Part shown: piece by piece, positions 34,401 through 44,600 of the stretch
Position numbering within the stretch: the first letter of the stretch is position 1
Layout of the letters: the number at the start of each line of letters is the position of its first letter
Origin: Balanoglossus misakiensis
Lineage: Eukaryota; Animalia; Hemichordata
Direction of reading: 5' to 3'
NCBI GenBank assembly: GCA_040954595.2
Contig: CM082592.2
Location: 10,254,731 to 10,318,730 of the forward strand
DNA: 64,000 nt
Position numbers and translations under genes: made by a program
Notes under the pieces: model-generated
What the model was told of the DNA's origin: nothing
Databases searched by the model: none
What the model saw: the letters and a program-made list of their open reading frames with translations, nothing else

Positions 34401-35209
34401 CAAAGGGATTGAAGACTTTCAGCAATTACTCTCTCTGATGTTATTCTTTTATTTTCAATTAAAGTAAGTGGATATTTTAACGTTGCTATGGTAACGCGAT
34501 CCCATAGACCTGCGTGTCGCAGTACGCAATCGAACGTGGAAAACATTGTACTTCGCTTGGTTGAAATTATTCGTGATGCAGTATGATAATTCGAACCCAT
34601 CATGTATGCAAGCGGATGGAACATCACGCACGAACAGAATATACCGAATCAATGAGTAATTATCTGTAACGTGATATACTTTCACTGCAAATTGCTTGGA
34701 AAAGGTGGTTTGCAGTCCATCGCCATGGTAACTGGTCGTGCCATATCGGTGGCGCATTACTTCATTCCAGCAGTGGGAATTGAACAACATTAAATTCCCA
34801 TCAATTTATCTCCAAATTAAATCCTTTGCTAACAAAAAGTCTCGGTTGTCTACAAAATTTGATGCGTTTGGAGCAAAGGGACTCCTACATGATGGGAAAG
34901 CGATTACAATCTTAGAATTTTACGGTGAGGCAACACTTCCGTGTATACACTTAGAAAATGGATGGCGTAATAAAACGTGATCGCTATAATTGAGGTGGGT
35001 ATACTGCGGCCTGGTAATGTCTTGTTTTATTAGCCAAATAATCTTTACCCATCAATTATACTTACAAATATTCCGGACCATATGGGAGCTCCAAGGTATT
35101 TGGCATCCGAAATGCATACTGGGATCGATGCAATTCCAAAGACGATGCTCAGAAATCCAAGGATGATGAGGCCTTTGCCCAAACCTTTGCGACAGCCACT
35201 GACCGCCAT
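31412..35209 (-). CDS. MS4A/CD20-like four-transmembrane protein (~417 aa, 6 exons) with a very long acidic loop
   Basis: Exons 35209-35066, 34364-34305, 33276-32841, 32704-32421, 32006-31925 and 31659-31412 join with GT-AG sites into one 1254-nt ORF. TM1 GLIILGFLSIVFGI, TM2 motif GAPIWSGIFILITGAIGV, TM3 AFLVLSVISVMVVL and TM4 ILAFLEIILVFASAITACCGLC match the CD20-like family pattern. Pro-rich tail with PTYEEA. Confidence 0.85.
34482..34495. promoter_or_regulatory. RFX X-box motif in intron 1 of the tetraspan gene
   Basis: GTTGCTATGGTAAC matches the RFX consensus GTNRCY-AT-RGYAAC. Motif match only. Confidence 0.45.
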
Positions 35210-35750
35210 ATTCTTAGGTTTGCTGCAATGACTGGCGCAGCTGAAGAAATCAAAAGACAAAGATTTAGGTCTACAGTGAGACACTTTACTGAATTGTCAG
35301 TGAATTGTGTCCCTTAAAGAGGTCACGTAATTGTTGCTGAAAATAAGACCACTTCGTAATTGCCGTACGTCGAGAAGTTGCAGCATAAATAACTTATAGT
35401 ATTACCTGCGGCAAAATATAGATTGCAATTTGTCTTTAGTGAACCTAGCCTTGACAGAAAACAGGAGCTCTGTGAAAACTAATATGACGCCATCTTGGAA
35501 GTATGTTTTCCTTTTTAAAATACAGTCTTTTCTGATTAATTTGACTGTCGAAAGTAGTCTTTTTCGGTCAAACGAAAGTTCTGCATAATTAAGAGACTAA
35601 ATGAAAATATCTCAGAGATTCCACCAGGTGTCATTTTACACTGTAACGTTCAGCATAATATTGGTTTCGAGTAAATCAGACTTTAAAAAGGGACAAGACA
35701 TGGCCGTCGACGTACCTTTTCATCTTGGACGATCGCGTTCCGTGATATAC

Positions 35751-35897
35751 ACCTGGCGCGACTATGGTTAAGTGACTAGCGGCTGGCCAGTCTCACGAAT
35801 CTATATGCACTGGCCCCTGGTCTGTGGTCTCGCTCTGCAGGGATAATACACTATAGCCCGTTCAAAGTACCCGGATGTTCTATTGTGTTAGCCAGGT
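35751..35897. repeat. GC-rich segment with nested short inverted repeats (possible MITE relic or structured element)
   Basis: ACCTGGC 35751-35757 / GCCAGGT 35891-35897 enclose GGCCAGT 35785-35791 / ACTGGCC 35809-35815. Confidence 0.3.
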
Positions 35898-36503
35898 AAG
35901 AGCTGTCACCAGCTTTCACCGTTTATGCGCGCCGACATGGTAACACTGTCAACACGTGCTACGTTCGCGATCTAAACAATACACATGTTATTGTTTTCAC
36001 TACTGACGTAAGCAAGACCGCGGGGACAATAGATTTAATCCGGGTGAACCAAAAACTCTTACAGTGAGCCTTGAAGTGCCAGTATTATGAAAGGGGAGGG
36101 GGTGTGGAATATGATCGTCATGGGAAAATTATTCTCCCGCTGTTCCAATGGGAATTACAAGTCTCTCTGGACCGTACATGTATGTATGTTGGACAATTTG
36201 ACCATTTCGAGGAAAATAGACATCCAATGAACTTACAGACGTCAAATATGAATATGTGCTTCCTATGTGTTTCCCTACCCAGGAGATATTTGTAAAATTT
36301 GACCCCCAAGTCATCCTGTGCCCCCCGGCCCTCATGTTACCCTGAAGCTAATAATACATTAAATTTTGGTGTTTGGACAAACCACTTTCTAACAATAGCC
36401 TATTATACTAGTATGGTGAGATGAGGGCGCTGTTCAGATTTCAGGGGACGAAATTCTGCTAAGTTAAAACCTTTATAAGTTATCAAATGCATCAGTAACG
36501 TAC

Positions 36504-36908
36504 CTGAGTTCACGGCTTGACATCCCTCTGTAGATGTACTGGCGAAGGCTTGTCAATCCTGTATCCGCGTGCTTTGTCAAACAGACGCAAACCCTTCACA
36601 TTCTTGCTCAGTATCGCTATTCTGTGTCAGAAATATCAGAGTGACCAGAAACAAACGATATTCAAGTCCCATATCCACAAAGCCGGTCAACCGCTCCATG
36701 ATTTCCCAGATGAACTGTCGTCGTATATTTTCCCTTCTCCCCGTGGCTGTGAACAAGTAACCGTGCTGCCTTTTGGCAGAGCAAATGCTGCGTCCTTTCG
36801 CACTTTACTTGTTTTGTTCAATTTTGTCAAACTTCTTGGGGAAACTTTGTCCGCCACAAAATATCCGAGCGCCGGCATCTCCGTGCTAGGGTAGTCAACA
36901 GCGGCCAT
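36504..36908 (-). pseudogene. Possible decayed first exon (gene or transposon relic)
   Basis: ATG within a YY1-type AAGATGGCCGC motif at 36908, CCAAT upstream at 37026, GC-rich coding-like text broken by stops, ending at a CAG|GTACGT donor (36503). No recognisable family. Confidence 0.25.
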
Positions 36909-37141
36909 CTTCGAGTGACCAAAGCTTTCCACGTGGCCGAATATATCACGGGAGATGTGTACAAGCCAGATGTCATCATCCAATCAAAACGACTTTGGCC
37001 TACTAACTTGTTAGGCTATGGCCAGCCAATCAGAAAAAAGGATACAACTTGCTAAACACCAACTGCGCTTTTCAAAGACAATATAGATCAAAAGAAGATG
37101 CAGCCACGGCGCGGTCAGTGACCGTGGTACAGAACAGCAAA

Positions 37142-37170
37142 GGCAGGCAGACAGACAGACAGACAGACAG
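37142..37170. repeat. (CAGA/CAGG)n microsatellite
   Basis: ggcaggcagacagacagacagacagacagg read directly. Confidence 0.85.
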
Positions 37171-38412
37171 GCATCGGGACGTCATTACCTCCCTTTTGGA
37201 AACACGGGAGCTGAAAAACTTAAATGGGTTGTTTATGATCTCTGTGTCAATCACATGTAACCATGACAACGAAAAATCCAACACACACACGAGACATATT
37301 GTTTCACGCCGGATGAGATACATTAAAAACAATAGATAAATTGTAACTTCCACAAAACATTGTTCTTCATGTCACGTGCTGCTCTTTCTGCCGCCCTCTT
37401 CATTATGCCACAGCCATGTCTGCACATGTCACCTGGAGGGCTCCTTCACTGCATGCATTACAAGGAAAGTTTTTTTTCAAACAAAATATATCACTATCAC
37501 CTTTCCAAAACACTATTGTTCTTGTGTCGCCCCTGTGTTCATTGTCCTCTTCAGGTGAGTTACTACATTGCCGCAGGCGTCTGCCAGAAATCGAAAATCA
37601 ATAGTTAGATACGATCGTTGACAACTGAATCAAAAGAAAGGGGAACCAAAAAGTAAAAAAAAAAAACAAGAATAAGGAATTCCGTCCATAGCTTGAAACA
37701 AGTGACAGATACGCAAATAAGTCACCGATGTCCTGACGCGACATATTGCAATTTACCCTGCCCATTGGCTAAGGGACAGAGCAAGACTTGGAAACGATCC
37801 AATGCAAGAATCATCCAAAGAAGCAAATCGCAACTTTTAGTCAGTGCAGCTGGATGGTCGATGCTACAATTCGAACGGTAGGTACCTTGAAAAAGATGCA
37901 ACACGTCTGTGTACTTCTGACTTTGTTTTGGTATAAAGTCCGTCATACTGCAAAAATGTACTTTCACTTGAATAACAAGATTCAGTTCGTAGCGAGTGTC
38001 AGTGTTCAAGTCGGGGATCATCGCAGAATTGCTTACAGGTTATAAGTTAACGCAACAAATTACCCCGATACGTAGGTTGTCGCCTTTCAGAAGCTTAGCA
38101 TATCGTTTTATTGGTTTTAGACATATGCGAAGAGTATTCTCTAACATTGCAAGTTTCATCAGAGGAACACCAAGCGACGAAGGCAATACAACTCACTTGA
38201 CAAAAACCCGGTAAGTCTTTTTTTTCCTTCATCAACTTCGACTATGCAACTATTATGCTTGAATGCTCGGCGTTTATTGGTCAAAAGTAGCTGTTTGGCA
38301 ATTTTTTAAACAAACTAATTGTTTTACATCGTGTGGTTTTGTCATGTTTTGGGGCGTCGAGATGTAACTATCTAATTAAAGAGAAATCTTGCTTGAAATC
38401 CCAGATATAGAC

Positions 38413-38997
38413 ATGAAGCTGAAGAACTCCCTAGTGCTGTTGGTCTGCGCCATGGTATTTATACAAGCGACTGCAGTGTCAAAAGCGACCAACCGAGGCA
38501 GTCATGTGAAGTCTCCACGAAAAGCGCGCCAAATCTGTTATCCCACAAGCTGTACTCTTTCCTCATGGTCATCGTGGACCCAATGTTCAAGCTCGTGTGA
38601 TGGATTACGCCATCGTTATAGGGAGATTCTAATTTCATCATACTGTGGGGGAAGTTGTAATTATGCCCTAAGTGATAGTGAATCCTGCAATACCTACTGT
38701 GATGGCGATAATGGAGGTACGTCATCAAGAATGCGAAGTATGCATTATGGCACAATATAGTTTTTTAGAGTTGGTGCCACATATACTCGAATGATGATCG
38801 ATGAATGTTACTTGCTATCAAAAACGAAGACGACGACGACAACAACAACAACAAAACCATCATCGTCATCACCACCGTCTTCATTGTATTTTTCAGGTTC
38901 TACCAGTGTTAGCATCGGTGTTTATTTATCTATTGGAGGTGGAGTCTTGGGAACCCCACTGTTTATCATATGCTGTGTTTGGTACTGCAAATCATAA
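38413..38997 (+). CDS. Small (134 aa) single-pass membrane protein with one thrombospondin type-1 repeat
   Basis: Exons 38413-38716 and 38897-38997 (405 nt, phase-1 GT-AG intron). Signal peptide MKLKNSLVLLVCAMVFIQATA; TSP1 CTLSSWSSWTQCSSSCDGLRHRYREILISSYCGGSC...ESCN; TM IGVYLSIGGGVLGTPLFIICCVWY; tail CKS*. A probable 5'UTR exon ends at the donor near 38210. Confidence 0.82.
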
Positions 38998-40141
38998 CTT
39001 TTTATCCTTCTCCACAATGTAATCCAGCTCATGATAATATACATGTGTGGTCTGTATAATAATTACAATTTCTTGCCTATTCTTTTACAAACGAATGTTG
39101 CTGTCAGTTAAAGGTTTGAAGCATTTTTGACAAAAAGTGGACATTTTGAGGTCATAAATAAATAAATAAATGACGAATGAATGACGACAGCAATATAATC
39201 CGATTATCACTTTGATTATTGACATGTCATGACGCAATACATAAAAAGATTCTTTCGAATGTAAAGGCCACTTGTAAAAGAATCATATCCAAGGACAGGG
39301 CTATATATAGGCGTATATCTTGAAATCAGCCCAAACACTTGTATACAACCAGAATTATGTATTAAACTACCTGTAGTGAACAAAATGTAACTACCCGCGT
39401 TGTTTTCATTTACTTTTTTCCTTCGGGATATTAACCCTTGAGTTCTGTTTGGCTATTTCCAGGCCTTCATACCTTCCAATACAAATATTATAGCCTGGCA
39501 ACACTGTGCACAGTGAAGACAGAAAACTATATACTGATATACATAACACAGTTGGGCAATCCTTCGATAATATCTCTGAGAATCATTTTGTATTCACTTT
39601 GCATACAACGTATACTTTACATTGCAGGTAAAGTAAAACTCAAAACACCTGTTGACTATATAAATACTGACTACATGGTGCACTAAATATTTCATTGCCG
39701 TCTGGTCGTGATTTGTTCTCAAAAGTGACATCACAACAAAGGGAAAGTCGTTCAGCCGTAGGGTGGATACATTCAATGGACTTTGCGCCGAACATTGCAT
39801 TGTTGTCAGGGCAAAGTGACCAGTACTACAAGAGCCCCCCCTCCCCCACACACACACTTTCCGAAAGGTCAGGTGGCCAATGGCAAAGATCACGTGATCT
39901 CCTGGGGAAAACCGTTTTATAACAAACAATAAAAGACTTTGTTGTTTGTTGAATGGAATGATGCAGGTTTCAAATACTAATGTATGTATATATTTCTTAT
40001 TGTGTATATAATAAATTGAAAAACATGCGTTGCCAATTGACTCGGAAGTTCATGACGAATCGGAACTGACAAATACACAACGGACCATCGAGTGTAACTG
40101 GGCTAACTGTTGATAAATAGTCATCACTTTATTTAAAGGCT

Positions 40142-40419
40142 TGAGTCAAATCTTTCCACCACTTTCGCTGACGTCATGTCGTTGACGCGTCACGATATAC
40201 ATTAGTATTGATGATGTTGAACGTGAATGTATTTGCATGATAACACCTTGAGTGCCCATGGATCCGTGCTAAAAATAGATTATGACGTTCCGTATTCTGA
40301 TTGGTTGTCCACTTTGCTGGTCGACTGCATTGACGTGACTTCCTTATAATACTTGCTTACCTTGCAGATTGTTGCAACTCATTGTGTTTGAGAGAGGCGA
40401 GGTCTGCACGGGTTATCAG
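40142..40419 (+). promoter_or_regulatory. Probable MVP promoter and non-coding first exon
   Basis: TGAGTCA 40142-40148, TGACGTCA 40169-40176, TGACGCGTCA 40183-40192, inverted CCAAT 40300-40304, then a strong donor CAG|GTAAGA at 40419/40420. An acceptor at 41629 lies 30 nt before the MVP ATG. Confidence 0.5.
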
Positions 40420-41659
40420 GTAAGATTTTCGCAGCTAAATTTTGTGGGTCTCACTAGACATGCATTGAGATCTGTCAGCACAATCTTGGGCTTTTTTTTC
40501 GTATTGATCAGCGTCTGTCAGCTGACTAGGCTTGTGTTGTAGTTGTGGACGTGCGTCGCAGAGAGGCCTGACGTTGTCATGCATACGCCGTCCTTGCTTG
40601 TGTTGGAGACAGTTTTGCCTGATCCTCGCATGCTATGCAGTCGTCGCGATTTCATGATCAGACATAACTGTCAAAATGTTTAAAAGACACGGCCTTAAAA
40701 TTGTTTGGATCTAGCAATGCAGAAAAAAAACATGGCTCCTGAATCCCTGATGCATGTCATGTGTCGATGGGATGTGTCACCATATGATTTGAATAAAACG
40801 CGGAAGTAAAAAATCTCAGCAGGTAGTTATCGAACTAGTGACACCTTCTGCATATAGAGAACACTCTGAAACAAACATGCTGTAACATTTCCTAAAAGGA
40901 CGACAGCGCGAGTCGAAAGAAACCTAAGAATGCAAAAAGTGGGCGTGGCACGGCGTGGGTTTACTTACACCCGTTGCTAGGAAACACTGCTGGCTAGTGA
41001 AAATGACGAAATAGACGGGTAATCGTTAGCGCCGTGTACAAATTATGAATATGCTAAGTGAGCTTAGTCTATCGATGGAGTTGCTGACTATGCTGAACAT
41101 TCTGCTAGGCAAGCATACTTTGCGATTGCACAATTAACAATGATATTTTGTGAGTGACTCACCAACCTAACTGGTTATAAATATCCGATCCATCACATTG
41201 ACTGCCAGCATTCGGTTCTTGGCTGAGCACGGACGTTTATACGGATGCAAGAAACAGAACAGATGGACACTGCATGGATATGCTAGTATTAATGTAGTGT
41301 AGAGTTATGTGTTGTTCAGAGCTCTGAAATTTTCTTGGGTTGAGCCAATTAAGACATCACTGCTTTATTTTGCACACATTTCCACTGCCAGGATCAATTT
41401 TGTGTACAGTGTAACCAAACACTTCATTTGCAATAGTAAGTATATGAATCAAAGAATTTAGTCTAATTCACTATTTATCATTTATGAAGTTTACAGGGCA
41501 GAGAAACCTCTTGTTAATCTGCTCTCAGTTTCTTCAGTTGGGAGCTGTGTGGTAGACATGACTGCAATTTTGCATTTATAATTTCACTGAGCTTCAACAT
41601 CTAACAAGGTTTTCATTTATTCCCAACAGAATTAAGGATCTACTTGACTAGAAACAACC

Positions 41660-44600
41660 ATGGATCGTTCTAGAGCACGTCCAAGTGGAGATGAGAGCAT
41701 TTATCGAATTCCTCCTTTCTTCTACATCCATGTCTTGGACCAAAATAGCAATGTAACAAGGGTGGTGATTGGGCCAAAAACCTACATCCGCCAGGATAAT
41801 GAAAGGTAATAGTGCATGTGTCCCCACCAATAGCAAATGGTCTTGCCCATTGTGTTTGGTATTTCAAGTCAGCAAGAATGCTTGAACTGTCAAGTGTAAA
41901 CATGACATATCATATGGTTGTCGTTTGCACCGAAGTTACATCACTGTCTGATTGAAAGAGCGGTGCTTGCCAAGAGCCATTCTTGAAAATCACCATGTAA
42001 ACTTTGCTAAAATACCATGCATAAGAGATCTATATTTGTTAAGTGAATGAATTCAAGGGCTGAGAGGTTTTAGAAAATCACACTGGTTGGATCAGTAAAA
42101 TGTATGTGGTTTACAAGTAATTTTGGGTTTTCTATTGTGTGTGAGAATTGGAATGTGGCAGAAGTGAAAGTTACAGTATCCTCATTTGCATGACAAACAC
42201 CATGGTGATTATATTGACATGACTTGTGATGTCACTCATTAAAGTGTTTGTTAAAGGCTCTCATACTTGGCAGGGCCCGGGGCATACTGTCTATGTTCTA
42301 ACCATGGTCATGGGAAGAGTACATTAAAAAAAAAAATTTATTCCAATATTAAGTAAAACTTTTCTGATCTCTGCTTTCTGTCATGGCAACGATTGAATCT
42401 TATGAGTTATTGATCCCATATCATCGTTTGATATGATATGATTTCACATTGATATGTTGAAATTGTTGGCTTCTTCAGGGTTATCTTTGGTCCAGAAAAA
42501 ATGATCACAGTTCCACCACGTCACTACTGCATTGTTGAAAACCCTGCACTGCGTGGAGAAGATGGTAGCATTGTTCTGGATCAACATGGGCAAGTGAAAC
42601 TGAGCCATGCAGACCAGGACATTCGCCTGGCCCAGGAACCATTCCCCCTCTACCCTGGGGAAGTTCTGAAACAGGTTGTGTCACCCCTGAAAGTGGTAAC
42701 AGCCAACACGGCTCTCAGACTTCGAGCTATTCTTGATTTTGAAGATGACACTGGCACCAAGAAAGTGGCTGGCGATGAGTGGCTGTTTGAAGGACCAGGT
42801 AAATACGGCATATACTGTCACAAAGTTGACTTCGTTTGGTTTGCGTTTTGTTAACATGTACTGCGTAGGATTGTATGGTGTTCTGCCTACTGAAACAACC
42901 AGAAAACAACTCCACTTTTGCTGTACTTACAAGAGCCATCTTTGTTGGTACAATGTAGGTACGTATATTCCAAAGAAGGAAGTGGTTGTGGATGAGACAA
43001 TCCGTGCCACAGTGATCCGACCAAATCAAGCCATCAAACTGAGAGCAAGGAAGGAGACATTAGCAAGAGATGGAACTCCAAGAGTCACAGGAGAAGAATG
43101 GCTGGTTAATAAAGTTGGCGCCTATCTTCCTGGTGCATATGAGGAAGTTGTCGATGTGGTTGATGCATATGTGCTCACAGATAAGGCAAGTAATGATAGA
43201 GTTAATCATTAAACTACAGATGTGTAAAATCAGAATAGAATTTCCCATGACTGAAACAACCACAACTATGACAAATTAGTTTTGTTCTTCAATTTATCAG
43301 CCATTAAAATAAACAACCAGCTTCTGGCTTTGCGTCTGTGTAACTTATTAGGAAACTTGATTTCTTCACAGAAAGCTCTCCATCTTTGCGCAACCCGTAC
43401 TTTCAAAGACCAGGGTGGTAAACTCAGAAGGAACGGTGAAGAATGGCTGATTAAAGTGGAGGATGCCGAAACCTACATTCCCAACGTGTATGAGGAAGTG
43501 GTTGGTGTGGTTCCCATAACAACACTGACAAACAGACAGTACTGTGTAATTGTGGATCCTGTTGGCGCTGATGGTAAACCACAGCTTGGACAGAAAAAAT
43601 TAGTCAAGGTAAGAACTGAAATGACAAAATTGTTTGTTATGAAATAGCCAATTGAGTATCTGTCAAACATTTAAGGTGATTGTTTTTCAATGATTACATG
43701 TTCTGATCAATCTTGTATTGATCGTGTTTCAGGGTGAGAGATCCTTCTTCTTGCAACCTGGTGAGAAACTAGAGAAAGGAACTCAACATGTCTACGTGCT
43801 TGGAGAAGATGAAGGTGTCATACTGAGAGCCAATGAAGCATTCAAGGACGAGGTATGAATCCACTTCAATTCAGCCACAAGTAGGATTCAAATGTGTTCA
43901 GTTCTTGTTGTTTGGCGTTCATGACATGATGATCATTGATCACACATGCCAATTTTAGAATACTAAACTGATTTATGATAAATTTCAAAGGGTGTTGACC
44001 GTAAGCCTGGTGATCGTTGGATGATCCGGGGACCAGCAGAGTATGTCCCGCCAGTGGAAGTTGATGTAGTCACCAAGAGGAAAGCCATTCCATTGGATGA
44101 AAATGAAGGTATCTATGTCAGAGATACCAAGAGTGGCAAGGTAAGGCAATATCCTTTGCTAGGCGCCTTCTGGTCTTCGAAATGACTCTGCCAACGGGAT
44201 CATGTTTGTATGAGAAAATTGTATCCTGGATTGTCACGAGATGCTGTTGTGGCAGCATAGTACTGTGCATTACCAGATGCTCATTGGAAACTGATCTTAT
44301 TGACATTACTGTTTTTCATTACAGGTTAGAGCAGTTACAGGAGAGACTTACATGCTGACTCAAGATGAGGAACTTTGGAGCAAAGAATTACCACCTGCTG
44401 TTGAAAATCTGCTGCAGAGTCATAAAGACCCTTTAGCTGATCGCAGCGATCGTTCCAGTGGTTCTGGTGGTGTCAGACCAAGAGAAAAAACCAAAGTGGT
44501 CACATTCCGTGTTCCTCACAATGCGGCTGTACAAATCTATGATTACAAAGAAAAGAAAGCGAGGTAAGGGTTTCAATCTGTACTTCAGAAAAAAATAGTC

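Noticed and set aside
34586-34600. GGTTCGAAT B-box-like word on minus
   Set aside because: No A box or tRNA cloverleaf around it.
38801-39022. ORF with poly-R/Q/H runs
   Set aside because: Alternative-frame reading of trinucleotide microsatellites in the TSP1 gene intron.
43927-43971. Box C (ATGATGA) and box D (CTGA) in an MVP intron
   Set aside because: Too short for a C/D snoRNA, and the CTGA sits at the branch-point position.
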